Assembly (NCBI GenBank): GCA_965279515.1
Contig: CBDIID010000003.1
Location: 672,001 to 736,000 of the forward strand
Direction: 5' to 3'
From: Turneriella sp.
GTDB taxonomy: Bacteria > Spirochaetota > Leptospiria > Turneriellales > Turneriellaceae
Length of the DNA stretch: 64,000 nucleotides
The position numbers and the translations under genes are program-made. Positions 49,893 to 61,063 of the stretch are shown here, piece after piece (within the stretch, counting starts at the first letter, position 1; every line of letters starts with the position of its first letter). A model generated the notes under the pieces. It made no database searches. It had not been told where the DNA came from and worked only from the letters and a program-made list of their open reading frames with translations.

Positions 49893-50642
49893 TTAGTATT
49901 GGCTCACGAGGCGGGCATTCACGAACTCACGGTTCATGCGCGCAATATGAGTCACGGAAATCTCTTTCGGGCACTCGGCCTCGCAGGCACCGGTGTTCGT
50001 GCAATTGCCGAAACCTTCGGCGTCCATCGCCGAGACCATTTTACGCACGCGTTCGGCGCGCTCGGCTTTACCCTGGGGCATGAGGGCGAGGTGAGAAACT
50101 TTTGCGGCGACGAAGAGCATCGCCGATGCGTTCTTGCAGGCAGCAACACAGGCGCCGCAACCGATACACGCAGCGGCGAGAAAGGCCTCGTCGGCGATGG
50201 GTTTCGGAACAGGAGTCAGGTTGGCTTCAGGCGCCGAGCCCGTGTTCACAGTGACATATCCCCCCGCTTGCTGAATGCGGTCGAACGCCGAGCGGTCGAC
50301 AACGAGGTCTTTGAGTACGGGGAATGCCTTCGCACGCCAAGGTTCGACGGTTACGGAGTCGCCGTCTTTAAATTTGCGCATGTGCAGCTGGCAGGTAGCC
50401 GTGCCGCGCTCGGGGCCGTGCGGGCGACCGTTGATCACCATACCGCATGAGCCGCAGATACCCTCGCGGCAGTCGTGGCTGAACGCGACGGGCTCTTCGC
50501 CTTTTTGCGTCAGATCTTCATTGAGAACATCGAGCATCTCGAGGAACGACATGTGTTCGTTCACTTCGTTCATTTGGTAATTTTTAAAAGAACCTTTGGA
50601 TTCTTTGTCGCTCTGCCGCCAGACTTTGAGTTTAATCTTCAT
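49893..50642 (-). CDS. sdhB: Succinate dehydrogenase/fumarate reductase iron-sulfur subunit
   Basis: [20 protein letters not shown] and [12 protein letters not shown]; probable ATG at 50642. Confidence 0.93.
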   Translation of the reverse strand: MKIKLKVWRQSDKESKGSFKNYQMNEVNEHMSFLEMLDVLNEDLTQKGEEPVAFSHDCREGICGSCGMVINGRPHGPERGTATCQLHMRKFKDGDSVTVEPWRAKAFPVLKDLVVDRSAFDRIQQAGGYVTVNTGSAPEANLTPVPKPIADEAFLAAACIGCGACVAACKNASAMLFVAAKVSHLALMPQGKAERAERVRKMVSAMDAEGFGNCTNTGACEAECPKEISVTHIARMNREFVNARLVSQY

Positions 50643-50691
50643 CTGATGCAAAATTGTTTTCGCCATTACGGCATAAAGCGAAAAACGGGTA

Positions 50692-51954
50692 TTACGGAAC
50701 GCCGGCAGGTGCGGCGGAACTACGCAGGCGGGCGCGGAAATAAAGGATCGCATAACCCACGAAAAGCAGGGTCACAACGGCGAGTACATAGCTCACCGAT
50801 TCAAAAAAATCCAACCAACCGACCGTCACATTGCCGAAATTCCGGAGCAAAAGCAGGCAAATGGCCGCCAGGTAGCCAAACGAATCTGCCAGGTAGATAA
50901 AAAAGCCGGCATTGGCCTTGATGCGGAAAGCGGCAATCATCCGTTCAAACAGCATCGCATTCATGGGAATGTAGGCACCATACGAGCCAATACCCACGAG
51001 GATCATCCACGTGGCGCCGCCGATGAGGTGCAGCCTATAGAGCAATGTCGACAGGGCTACAGAGATGCCGCAACCGAGCAGAATATAGAGATTCACACGA
51101 AACGCGCGCCGGTTGTCATGGATACGGTAAAGCATACCGAGCGCAAAGAGCACAGCCAGCGCAACGGGAATTTCTGCCAAAGTGAAGATATAAGGGGTAT
51201 TGGTGAATCCCAGAGCCGCCCAGATTTCACGTGCGAAATTATCGCGCAGATCGCGGTAGGCGGTCAGCGCGGCATAGAAGACGATGAGTGCAAAGAGGCC
51301 CGGCAAAAATTCTTTGATCAGGTGGCGGCGCTCAGCCTTTGTCATGGGCAATCGCTCGACGCGGGCCTTTTTGTCCTCTTCGCTGGGCATCGGCAGGCGC
51401 GCAAGCAGCCAGGCAAAAAATAGCAGAAACGGAAAAAACAAAATGCCTGTCACCCAAGGCTGCGCAAACTCGCCCACCAGGCCCGTCTTGAGGACAGTGA
51501 GCCCCACGCTCTTAACCAGGCCCGATGAAATAACAAAAGTCACACAGAGTCCCGCGCCGAGAAGTTCGGTGTTACGCCGGCCTTCGAGAAAGGAAAACAC
51601 GAGGCCCCAGACAAGCCCTAAGGGTATGCCGTTCAGAAAAAGCCAGAAGATGCCCATCGCCGGCGAGGTCAGCGAAAAGCCAAACAGGCAGATTTCCGCG
51701 AAAACAATGCAGGCGACCAGGGCCACGGCACGTTTTGCCGGCGGCATCGCGGCAATGATGCGGATGCCGATAAATTTCGATAACGTATAGCCCGCGACTT
51801 GCGCAATGATCAGGGCAATCTTGTAATTGATGCCCAGGAAATAGAGATGCTGGTATTCGCCGACAGCGAAAGGCCTGCGGAAGGCATACATGCAGGTATA
51901 AGTTCCGAATGCGGCAATGAGCGCAGTGGCGGTAAAGCGCCATGGCGTGTGCAT
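50692..51954 (-). CDS. DUF5690-like MFS-type membrane protein; start uncertain
   Basis: [26 protein letters not shown] and FERMIA motifs; about 12 TM segments. Confidence 0.75.
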   Translation of the reverse strand: MHTPWRFTATALIAAFGTYTCMYAFRRPFAVGEYQHLYFLGINYKIALIIAQVAGYTLSKFIGIRIIAAMPPAKRAVALVACIVFAEICLFGFSLTSPAMGIFWLFLNGIPLGLVWGLVFSFLEGRRNTELLGAGLCVTFVISSGLVKSVGLTVLKTGLVGEFAQPWVTGILFFPFLLFFAWLLARLPMPSEEDKKARVERLPMTKAERRHLIKEFLPGLFALIVFYAALTAYRDLRDNFAREIWAALGFTNTPYIFTLAEIPVALAVLFALGMLYRIHDNRRAFRVNLYILLGCGISVALSTLLYRLHLIGGATWMILVGIGSYGAYIPMNAMLFERMIAAFRIKANAGFFIYLADSFGYLAAICLLLLRNFGNVTVGWLDFFESVSYVLAVVTLLFVGYAILYFRARLRSSAAPAGVP

Positions 51955-52096
51955 CCGGCATTTTCTTACCATGCGCCTCTGCGCATACCGGAATTTAGCG
52001 TGACAGGTCGGGAAGTTCTGCAAAAGCCAAAATCAAGAGCGCAAAAGCTTTGGTTTGTGCGCATTCATGCGTTCGCGCTTGTCGCGAACTTGACTT

Positions 52097-54985
52097 TTGC
52101 AGAACTTCCCTACTGATCTTTTGAAAAAACACGTTTTCCACTTTTTTATCTGTTTTTTTTGCCTTATCAGCGCAACGATTGCGCTGCAGGAATTTTTACC
52201 GGGCAAAATGCCCAGACTTTTGCCTGCGGCCGAAAGTTTTATTCCTGACTTTTTGCGCAAAAAAGAACCTGCCCCGCCCAAAGCGGTAAATCCTACCGGT
52301 GAAATTTTTACAAACCGCGAAAAGGGGCTTCAACACTTCAACCGCAAGCTCGCCCAGCTCAAGGCCGGGCGGATTAACCGCGTGCGCGTCATGCATTTTG
52401 GCGATTCGGTTATCTGGTATGAGCGCGTTGCGCGCGATATCCGCGTGGGACTGCAAAAAGATTTCGGCGACGGCGGCCGCGGGCAGCTCTTGATGCACGA
52501 AGATTGGGGCGTGACGCTCGCCGGGCACGAGAACCTCACCAAAGACGGTTTTGAACTGATCGACATTCCTTACAACCACTTTAATCACATCGAACCCAAG
52601 TGGGTTAAAGCCACCGGGTACAGCGGCTGGACCTACCGCGCCGCTTCGCCGCAGACAGAAAGCGTGCAGAGATTTTCGCAGCAGTATGCGCCGATGAACC
52701 GCCTGACGCTCGTGATGCGCAGGCCCGAGGCAAAAAACGATCTCAACCAAAAGGTGCGGATAACCAACTTCGAAAAAACTCCGCGCGAAGAAAAAGCATT
52801 CGATCTGGCGCTCAGCAAAGACAGCTGCACCGTACACGAAGTCACGATTCCGGCGACGCGGCATATTGGCCTTGCCTTCGGTGACAAAGGCAAACCACCG
52901 GAAAAATCGGCGTTTCTCGACGCGGTGCTTCTCGAAACCGAGCGTGGCGTCTCGTACTCGACCTTTGTGCAGAAGGGCAAGCACATGGCCTGGATGACCG
53001 CCATCACGCCGCCGGCCTTCGATTGCGGGTATAAGGCGACGCATCCCGATCTGCTGATCTTCCAGTTTGGCATCAACGAGGGCGCCTCGATCGACTGGAA
53101 GGCATTCGGTTATTCGCACGATTACTACCGTAAGCAGATGACCGAGTTTTTCACCCGCATCAAGGCAGCGCTGCCCGATGTGGATATTCTGCTCATCGGG
53201 CCCTATGAGCGGCTGAAAAAAGTCGGCGAGACCTGGGTAACCTACAAGTCGCACGACGATGTGCGGCTCATGCAGCGCGAGATCGCCCAGAAGATGGGCT
53301 TTGCTTTTTTCGATTCATATGCCTTCCTGGGCGGCGAAGGCCACCAGCGCCGCATGATTAAAGAAGGAACCGCGACGGGTGACTATGCCCACCTGAATGA
53401 CAAGGGTTCGGCAATTCTGGGCAACGAAGTTTACCGCCAGATCTATGAAGGTTTTACCGGCAAGAAGACTGCGGTTCCGGGTGGCCAGGTGAATATTGCC
53501 GAGACCGATGCGCATGGAGGCGCTGGGTCGACGGCCGACAGGATGTCGTCCTTGCCGGCGACAGATGCGCCCTCCCCGATTCTCTTTAACTCGCTTGCCT
53601 TCGTTTACTTCTTCATAATCGTCTTCGCGGTCGCTGCGCTCCTGAATCGCGTGCCCTTCGGCCGCCTGGTATTTCTCACTTTGGCATCGTGGTACTTCTA
53701 TGCCTCGTGGCGCTGGTGGGCGCTGGGTCTCATGCTGTTCTCAACGGGGATCGATTACTGGGCCGCGGTGAAAATCGATGAAGCCGGTGACAATCGGCGC
53801 CGCGCCAAAATCTGGCTGCTGGTTTCGCTGGTGTCGAACCTGGGTTTATTGTTCTTCTTTAAGTACTATGATTTCTTTGCAGAGCTCTTAAACCCCTTTC
53901 TCGCGAAAGGCAACTTTTTCCAGATCCCAATTCTAAAACTCGTGCTGCCGGTCGGCATCTCGTTTTACACCTTCCAGTCCCTGTCTTATACCATCGATGT
54001 GTACCGGAAGCACATGCCGGCGGAGAAAAGTTTCTGGCGCTTCGCCTTTTTCGTGGCATTCTTCCCGCAGCTCGTCGCCGGCCCCATTGTGCGCGCGACA
54101 GAATTTTTGCCTAACCTCCTGAAATCCATCCGCCATTTTTTACCTGGCAAAGACGATTTCGGCAGCGCCGTCTATTTGTTCGCGAAGGGACTGCTCAAAA
54201 AGACACTCGCCGACTGGATCTCGGTCAACTACGCTGATCGAGTGTTCTCTGACCCCGGCATGTTCACCTCGGTCGAGACACTCGTCGGCGTCTATGCCTT
54301 CGGCATACAGATCTATCTCGATTTCTCGTCATACACCGACATGGCGATCGCCGCGGCGCGCGTCATGGGTTTCAACCTGACGCTCAACTTCAACCGGCCC
54401 TATGTTGCGGCGACGATCACCGAATTCTGGCGGCGCTGGCATATCTCGCTCTCGACATGGCTGCGCGACTATCTCTACATCAGTCTCGGCGGTAACCGGC
54501 GGCGCCTCTACTTCAATCTTTTTCTCACAATGCTGCTAGGTGGGCTCTGGCATGGCGCAGGCATCAACTTTGCGCTTTGGGGTATTTTCCACGGCGTGGT
54601 GCTGATTCTCGAGCGCGCAACAGGGTACTCCAAACGGGCGGATGCATCCCGGTTCTGGAAACCGTTTTCGATCTTCGTCACTTTCCATCTCGTCATGTTC
54701 GCCTGGATTTTATTCCGCTGCCATGATTTCGCGACCTTCTTGGCCGTATGGGATTCGCTGCGCTCGCTGAGTTTCAGCGCGCCCAACCTCGACTGGAAAA
54801 TTATCACGGCGATTTCCGTGCCCTATCTCTGGCAATTGATGGCCGAGAAGTTCCACTTTCTCTTCCACTTTATTTTCTCGAATCTGCCCGCGCCGGTGCA
54901 GGCGTTTGCTGTGTACCTCGTCTGTCTCGGTGTTTACCAGATCTTCACGGCAGAAGCAAAGGCTTTCATTTACTTTCAGTTTTAG
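52097..54985 (+). CDS. SGNH/GDSL hydrolase-MBOAT (AlgI/PatA-type) O-acyltransferase fusion; start uncertain
   Basis: SGNH blocks FGDS, FGINE and DYAH, then MBOAT GISFYTFQ, FPQLVAGPI, FWRRWHISLS, GLWHG and terminal FIYFQF. Confidence 0.88.
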   Translation: MQNFPTDLLKKHVFHFFICFFCLISATIALQEFLPGKMPRLLPAAESFIPDFLRKKEPAPPKAVNPTGEIFTNREKGLQHFNRKLAQLKAGRINRVRVMHFGDSVIWYERVARDIRVGLQKDFGDGGRGQLLMHEDWGVTLAGHENLTKDGFELIDIPYNHFNHIEPKWVKATGYSGWTYRAASPQTESVQRFSQQYAPMNRLTLVMRRPEAKNDLNQKVRITNFEKTPREEKAFDLALSKDSCTVHEVTIPATRHIGLAFGDKGKPPEKSAFLDAVLLETERGVSYSTFVQKGKHMAWMTAITPPAFDCGYKATHPDLLIFQFGINEGASIDWKAFGYSHDYYRKQMTEFFTRIKAALPDVDILLIGPYERLKKVGETWVTYKSHDDVRLMQREIAQKMGFAFFDSYAFLGGEGHQRRMIKEGTATGDYAHLNDKGSAILGNEVYRQIYEGFTGKKTAVPGGQVNIAETDAHGGAGSTADRMSSLPATDAPSPILFNSLAFVYFFIIVFAVAALLNRVPFGRLVFLTLASWYFYASWRWWALGLMLFSTGIDYWAAVKIDEAGDNRRRAKIWLLVSLVSNLGLLFFFKYYDFFAELLNPFLAKGNFFQIPILKLVLPVGISFYTFQSLSYTIDVYRKHMPAEKSFWRFAFFVAFFPQLVAGPIVRATEFLPNLLKSIRHFLPGKDDFGSAVYLFAKGLLKKTLADWISVNYADRVFSDPGMFTSVETLVGVYAFGIQIYLDFSSYTDMAIAAARVMGFNLTLNFNRPYVAATITEFWRRWHISLSTWLRDYLYISLGGNRRRLYFNLFLTMLLGGLWHGAGINFALWGIFHGVVLILERATGYSKRADASRFWKPFSIFVTFHLVMFAWILFRCHDFATFLAVWDSLRSLSFSAPNLDWKIITAISVPYLWQLMAEKFHFLFHFIFSNLPAPVQAFAVYLVCLGVYQIFTAEAKAFIYFQF

Positions 54986-56141
54986 AGCGGCGTTTTAATA
55001 GATCATCGGGAACAAAGCCCGCGAGAGGTATCACGTCGATTTCCGGGGCAAGGCGAAACCGGTCTTTGCCGGGATATATCAAAATCAAGCGATCCAATTT
55101 CAGATCCTCTATGGCTATCTTCATCGATCGTGTTAGAGACGGCCTGTCCGTAAATTTGAATTCCATGCCAATACGTCTGCCGTTATAGAGGAAAAATAAA
55201 TCCAGGTCGGTTTCATTGTGTGTCCCCCAGAAATAGACCTCGTCGGTTTTTAGCCGCAGGCAGCGTATTGCCTCTTCCAGGGCGAACCCCTCCCAGCTTA
55301 AACCCAGTTTCGGATGCAGTTTCAATTGCCGGTGGTCGCGGATATCCAGGAGAGCGTGCAAAAGTCCCGTATCGCGAAAGAAAATCTTAGGTGTTTTCAC
55401 CTGGCGCTTTTTCAGGTTCTCGTGCCACGGTTTTAATTCGCGGATCATAAAAGTGCCGGTAAGAATATCGAGGTAGCGCCGGATCGTCTTATCCGTCACA
55501 CCCAGCGCTTTACCGATTTCGGATGCGTTAAAAAGCCCGCCGTGGTAGTGCACGAGCATCAGCCAAAATTTCCGCATCGTGGCGACAGGTATGTCAAACC
55601 CGAGGGCACGGATATCGCGCTGCAAAAATGTTTCAATAAAAGCCCGCCGCCACTCGAAACTCGCGCGCTCCGCCGACGCAAGATAGCTTAACGGAAATCC
55701 CCCGCGCACCCAAAGCCGATTCAGCGAGTGAACTTCCGCAAGATTAAAAGGCTGTACTTCGATAAACTGAACCCGGCCGGCAAGGGTTTCCGCTCCCTGA
55801 CGCAAAAGCTCGGGGGAAGCACTGCCCAGGAGCAGGAATTTACGCCGGCGATCTTTCTGATCGAGCAAAACGCGCAGCACCGGAAAAAGATCAGGGCGGT
55901 TTTGAATTTCATCGAGGATAATCAACCCCGTCATATCTTCGAGCAGAAGTTTCGGATTGTCGAATTTCGCAAGATCGGTCGGATCTTCCATATCGAAAAA
56001 CCACGTGTTTCCGTTAGAGCCTGCCAGGAACGCCTTCGCCAGTGTGGTTTTACCGCATTGCCGCGGGCCGAGCAACATCAGGGCGTTCGTGTGCCTGAAC
56101 CGGTAACGAATCTCATCCGCCGCATGCCTCTGAATATCCAC
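54966..56141 (-). CDS. AAA_14 ATPase with DUF4143 domain
   Basis: GPRQCGKTT, LDEIQ, LAGR, RGGFP, K.PKIFFRDTGL and ETDL motifs. Confidence 0.9.
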   Translation of the reverse strand: MDIQRHAADEIRYRFRHTNALMLLGPRQCGKTTLAKAFLAGSNGNTWFFDMEDPTDLAKFDNPKLLLEDMTGLIILDEIQNRPDLFPVLRVLLDQKDRRRKFLLLGSASPELLRQGAETLAGRVQFIEVQPFNLAEVHSLNRLWVRGGFPLSYLASAERASFEWRRAFIETFLQRDIRALGFDIPVATMRKFWLMLVHYHGGLFNASEIGKALGVTDKTIRRYLDILTGTFMIRELKPWHENLKKRQVKTPKIFFRDTGLLHALLDIRDHRQLKLHPKLGLSWEGFALEEAIRCLRLKTDEVYFWGTHNETDLDLFFLYNGRRIGMEFKFTDRPSLTRSMKIAIEDLKLDRLILIYPGKDRFRLAPEIDVIPLAGFVPDDLLKRRSKTESK

Positions 56142-56146
56142 AAGAC

Positions 56147-56192
56147 AAAATAACTATGAAATATCGGATGTCAATTCCGATTTTTCATAGTT
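56147..56192 (-). promoter_or_regulatory. Promoter embedded in a 17-bp inverted repeat
   Basis: TTGACA-16 nt-TATTTT on the minus strand; arms 56152-56168 and 56176-56192 match at 16/17. Confidence 0.6.
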
Positions 56193-56329
56193 TTAAATCC
56201 GCTGATTTTCAGGCGAATATGGCGCGGCATGCGACGGCAATACACGCTTTCATGCGCGCCGCCGCCCGACACCTCCTGTGCCATGGAAAAAGACTTTGAA
56301 AAGCATGATTCTCCCTTATACTGGCCGCT

Positions 56330-59300
56330 ATGGCCGAGCAGACGAAACAGCGCCGCGAAGATGCGATCACACAGACGGCGCGCATCACCGATGAGTTACT
56401 GAGCTCGGGCCAGATCACCCAGCGCGCCGCGGCGAAGATCTATGCCGGGCTCGGCCTTGAGCGTGCGACACAAAAAAATGAAACTGCTGAGGCTGGGCGC
56501 GAAGATTTTTTAAGCTGGTTATCCGGCGGCTTCGCCAGCGGATTTTCGGCTCTCGGCGCGGCCTTAAGCGGCATGTTCGTCTCAGCGCCCGCTGCAGAGA
56601 AATCACAGAATACGCGCAAGGCCACGACATCTGATGATCCGGTGACACGTCCCGTTGTCGGCGGCGTCGACGCCCTGCTCTCGTTCGAAACGCTCGCTGC
56701 GACGCTCAAGCCGCTCTTCAACGAATATGTTTGGTGGTTCATTGCCATGGTGCTCGTCATCTCAGGCTCGATCATGGGTATCCGCGAGGCCTGGCTGAGA
56801 TTCGAAGGTATCCTGCGGCCTCTCACCATTCTCTTTGCCTTCTTTACTTACCATACCTTGTTTCTCGGTCTGGGTCTTTTCCTTTTTAAGAGGAGCCCAG
56901 CGACCGGGCGGATGCTGCTGATTCTGGCGGCGTTGCTGATTCCCGTGATGTTTTCGATCGCCGCCTCTGTAACCGGGCAAGCCGCTGAGGCCGGTGCGAT
57001 CGCCACCGCCGTCTCGCTCGTGCTCTCGCTCATCACACTCTATCCCATTGCGGCGCGCGTGGGGATTCCCTACTTTTCTGCTGTGTTCTACCTGCCGGTC
57101 CCGTTCGCGATTACTGCGCTGTCAGCGTTGACCGCGGCGATTCCGCTTTTGCCGCTGGTGCTCATACCGGCTCTTGCGGCCTCTACGCTGACCGCAACCG
57201 GTCTGCAGGACAACGGCCGCCCCGCGCAAAAGTTCATTCTCGCCGTTGTCGGCATCGCCATCCTGTTTTTCACGCTCGCGTCCTTTAACCTTGACCCTGA
57301 AGAGGATATCGCCCGCACATTGCGCACCCTTGCGATCATGGCGGTACTTGCGCAGTTTGCTTTTCTTTTACGCGCGCTGGATTTCGCACGGGCGCGCTTC
57401 TTCACTGCCGTGGAAATTGTCGTTCTCGCCGTCATCGCCCTCTTACCGCTGATTGCGGCCCGTACCTTCGCCGGCGGCATGGGCACGATGCTGCCGTTCA
57501 GTTTCCGTATTCTGACCTATGTGTTTGCTATTGCAATTTTTTTGCGCGCGGCGATGCTGCACAATGCCGCGGTGCATCCGCTGATCTTTCTCGTGATGCT
57601 TTTTCTCTACCACGCCGCACGCATCTTCACAGTCGAGCCGGCATGGCAGATTTTTGCCTTCTTTATCTTTCCGCTGATTCTTCCCTGGTTCGGCTCGGCC
57701 TTCGACGAGCGCAAACAAAAGATTTATCTCTATTGGGCAACCGCGGCTGGGCTCATGGGTTCGCTGTGGCAGCTCTCGTCGCCGGCACCCCACATCGCCG
57801 CCGCGGCCACGGGCCTGCTCACGGCGATCACGATCCATAGGGGTGCAGGGTTTGGCCGCAATGCCTTCCACTATCTCTCGCCGATCGGCCTCATGGTTTT
57901 TATCGGCCGCCTACCACTCTTGCAAGGGGTAATCCTACAGCCCTTCGAGATCTTCGCGGTGCTGGCCCTGCTCTACGGTTTAGGCGGATTGATTTTTGAG
58001 CGTAAGGCTGAGCCCGCGGGCACAGATGGTGCTTACCCGATTGAAGACCTTTCGCTCTTCTGCGCGGCGATTGCCCTCGTAGCGCTGAACGGTTTTCGCC
58101 CGACCGGCGATGAAGTTTTGCTGAATCTTATGCCCGACCGCGCATTGCCCTTGCGGCCACTCCTGTGGTTTGGGGGCATTTATCTTTTTCTAAACCTACG
58201 CACGCTACGGGACCGCAGTATGGTGGTGAGTCTCTTCGCACACCTCGGAGCAATACTTTTCATCTTTAACTGGTTCAAGCCGCGGGATTTTGCCGAGAGT
58301 GGTTTTCTGTTACTGCTCTTGTCGGCGGGCTTTTATGGCGCGACATTTTTTTTCCGCCGCAGCGCCGCAGAGAGCGCCGAAAAATTCGGTCGTGTTTTCC
58401 TGATGAAGTTGCGCCTGCCTTTTAATGCGGGCGGCATCAACAATATCGGGTATGCGGCGGGGCTCACAACCCTGTTCACGCTCCTGATGCTGTGGCTGAA
58501 TGGCCCCAGCTGGATCGCCAATCCGGATCTCGAGCGGCGCGGCATTATGCTGATTAACCAGATATGCCTCATGCTCATGATCTTTGCGATCTTTCACTTC
58601 AAGACTTTTAGCTTCATGCGTTTGCGGGGCAGCCTCGTCTTGCTCTATGTACTGCTCTTCGCGATTGCCTTCACGGCTGTCATCAATCGCCTCGGCCGGC
58701 CGCTGCCGATCGATGCGGTGGGCTTACGCCTGCTTTTGCTCATGCCCGTCATGGCGCTTGTCACGCTGGCAATGAAGGTCTATGGCCCGCGCTATGGTAA
58801 ATCCCTGGAAGCAGAGAAACAGGGGCAGTGGTATTTTTCCGTTCCCGTCGCCGGCGTGATCGGTCTCACATTGCTTTTGTTTTTCGACGGCTTGCTGGTA
58901 TCTGCGCTCGATTTCGACCGCACCTTTTATTTTGTGCCACCGACGCTTTTCCTCGCGCTGGCGCTCTATCCCCTGATTCTAGCGCACACCGTGACGATCC
59001 ACCTGCGCCACCTGTTTTATTTTTTTATGCCGGTCTTTCTCGCGGCCGTTGCGGGTGAGCGCAGCTTCCTCGGGCCCAATCTTTCTAACCTCAACACGGC
59101 CGGTGTTTGGCTGCCTTCAGCATTCCAGGGTAACCCGTTGGATCTCCTCGCGAACTTCAGTCTCGCGCTCGCTGACGGTTATTCGTACCTGGCTTTCAGG
59201 CAAAACATTGTACTCGGCATTGCGGCAGGCGTTCTGCTGCTGAGTGTACTCGCCTTTGCCTCGCGCCGCACCGCCGCTGGTACTTTTGTGGCGCAGACTT

Positions 59301-61063
59301 TTTTCTCCAAAAATTCCGCCGGCGTATCGAACGAATCCGGAATCTGGAGCCTTGTTTTTACTGTGTTTATCGCGCTCATGTCGTTTCAGGTGGCGGCGAT
59401 TCCGCCGGGGGTGATCCTCATCGGCGTTGTTTTCTTCTATTTGATAGCTGGCAACATCAGGGCGTCGGCGTTCATTCTTTTCATCGCCGGCCTTTTGATC
59501 GTGCACGGCGGAGCGCACCTCACGCAGACTTACCCGCTGTGGCCAGGGCCTGCCCTCGTCGCCGCAGCGATCTTCATGATTTGGCCCGCGAAAAAGATCG
59601 CACAGAAACTCGATCTCGCAGAGAGTTTTGTTTCCGAAACCGCTTTTCTCGCTGGTGTGCTCTACATCGTCGCGGCATTTTTTTATTCCGCCACCGAAGG
59701 ACGTCCGGCCAATGCGCTGCAGGCAGGTTACAGTGTGCTCGCAGCTGACGCGAACTACCTCGTAACCGGCGGCTTTTACCGGGCGTTTGCGCTGCCAGCG
59801 ACACTGATTTTGACGGCAGTGTTTTTCTGGCTATCGCTGAAACGCATAGAAGGCCGCGCGCGCGTCGCCATCGCACTCCTGGGCCACTTTGCCTTCGCCG
59901 CGGCGCTCGTGACCAGTGTCTGGCTCATCTTAAGCCTTCAGGGCAACAGCATCAACTTCCTCACGGCAGCACCCTTTGTGATATTGGCGCTGCTGCTTTT
60001 TGAAGTCATCATCACGACCCGGCTCAAAAGTTTCAAAGAAAAGGATGCCGACGTCTATGCCGGCAACTTTACTGCGCGCGATGCGATGATTGTATTCTGC
60101 GGGCTGCTGTTTATACCTATTTCACAGAACCTCGCCAACCCGATACCGCATGCGGGCCTTGCCACCCTCGCAGCCCTTGTGATCTACCTCGTCGTAAACA
60201 TACAGGCGGCGTTTACGTCTTCTAAGACGCGCTATGTCTATATCGCGCAGGCGACGATCGCAGGTATTTATTATTCGGCGCGACCCATGCTGAATATCAA
60301 CTCCGCGCAGACCGATGCCTTCTTCGCCTTCGGTTATGCCTTTGCCCTACTCGGCATCAGTATCGCCGCAGACCGGCTGGGCGCAACGGTTGTATCACAA
60401 CCGACACGCCGTTTTGCCGCGGCGATGCCGGTCGTCGTCGGCCTCCTTATCGACAATTTCCGTTCGTTCAACGCGGCGTTCTATGCGCTGATTTCGAGCG
60501 GTCTTTATCTGGGCCTATCGCGCATCGGTGAACGCCATGTCTTCGCGGCGCTGGCAGCAATTACACTGAACGCCGCGCTCTTCTTCGTCGCACTCGCACA
60601 GGGTTTCGATTCGTCTGAGTTCTACGCCTTCCCGATCGGCCTCACCATCATCTTTTTCGCAACCATCTTTAAGGATTCGCTCTCGGTCGAAAATCAGGCA
60701 CGCGTGCGTACGATCGGCGGCCTCGTCGCTTACATTCCGGCAGCGATGCATGTCACATTGCGCTCGGGCCTCGCACAAAATCCCGTTTATTCACTTGTGT
60801 TCGGCGGCGTTTGTCTCGCAGGCATCATCGCGGGGGGGATTTTCCGCATCCGCAGCTATCTGTTTCTGGGGGTGCTCTTCTTCACCCTCAACGTCGTTGC
60901 GAATCTCGTACAGGAAGGCCTGCAAAATCAGTTCATCGGCTTTGTGCTACTGACGGTGACGGGGCTTTTTCTTATCGCTATCCTCATTATCTATAACCTG
61001 AAGAAAGAACAGATCCATGCCGGCTTTGCCCGGCTCAGACAAAAATTCGCCGGCTGGTCATGA
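56330..61063 (+). CDS. Very large polytopic membrane protein of unknown function
   Basis: 1577-aa ORF with dozens of hydrophobic segments. Confidence 0.8.
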   Translation: MAEQTKQRREDAITQTARITDELLSSGQITQRAAAKIYAGLGLERATQKNETAEAGREDFLSWLSGGFASGFSALGAALSGMFVSAPAAEKSQNTRKATTSDDPVTRPVVGGVDALLSFETLAATLKPLFNEYVWWFIAMVLVISGSIMGIREAWLRFEGILRPLTILFAFFTYHTLFLGLGLFLFKRSPATGRMLLILAALLIPVMFSIAASVTGQAAEAGAIATAVSLVLSLITLYPIAARVGIPYFSAVFYLPVPFAITALSALTAAIPLLPLVLIPALAASTLTATGLQDNGRPAQKFILAVVGIAILFFTLASFNLDPEEDIARTLRTLAIMAVLAQFAFLLRALDFARARFFTAVEIVVLAVIALLPLIAARTFAGGMGTMLPFSFRILTYVFAIAIFLRAAMLHNAAVHPLIFLVMLFLYHAARIFTVEPAWQIFAFFIFPLILPWFGSAFDERKQKIYLYWATAAGLMGSLWQLSSPAPHIAAAATGLLTAITIHRGAGFGRNAFHYLSPIGLMVFIGRLPLLQGVILQPFEIFAVLALLYGLGGLIFERKAEPAGTDGAYPIEDLSLFCAAIALVALNGFRPTGDEVLLNLMPDRALPLRPLLWFGGIYLFLNLRTLRDRSMVVSLFAHLGAILFIFNWFKPRDFAESGFLLLLLSAGFYGATFFFRRSAAESAEKFGRVFLMKLRLPFNAGGINNIGYAAGLTTLFTLLMLWLNGPSWIANPDLERRGIMLINQICLMLMIFAIFHFKTFSFMRLRGSLVLLYVLLFAIAFTAVINRLGRPLPIDAVGLRLLLLMPVMALVTLAMKVYGPRYGKSLEAEKQGQWYFSVPVAGVIGLTLLLFFDGLLVSALDFDRTFYFVPPTLFLALALYPLILAHTVTIHLRHLFYFFMPVFLAAVAGERSFLGPNLSNLNTAGVWLPSAFQGNPLDLLANFSLALADGYSYLAFRQNIVLGIAAGVLLLSVLAFASRRTAAGTFVAQTFFSKNSAGVSNESGIWSLVFTVFIALMSFQVAAIPPGVILIGVVFFYLIAGNIRASAFILFIAGLLIVHGGAHLTQTYPLWPGPALVAAAIFMIWPAKKIAQKLDLAESFVSETAFLAGVLYIVAAFFYSATEGRPANALQAGYSVLAADANYLVTGGFYRAFALPATLILTAVFFWLSLKRIEGRARVAIALLGHFAFAAALVTSVWLILSLQGNSINFLTAAPFVILALLLFEVIITTRLKSFKEKDADVYAGNFTARDAMIVFCGLLFIPISQNLANPIPHAGLATLAALVIYLVVNIQAAFTSSKTRYVYIAQATIAGIYYSARPMLNINSAQTDAFFAFGYAFALLGISIAADRLGATVVSQPTRRFAAAMPVVVGLLIDNFRSFNAAFYALISSGLYLGLSRIGERHVFAALAAITLNAALFFVALAQGFDSSEFYAFPIGLTIIFFATIFKDSLSVENQARVRTIGGLVAYIPAAMHVTLRSGLAQNPVYSLVFGGVCLAGIIAGGIFRIRSYLFLGVLFFTLNVVANLVQEGLQNQFIGFVLLTVTGLFLIAILIIYNLKKEQIHAGFARLRQKFAGWS

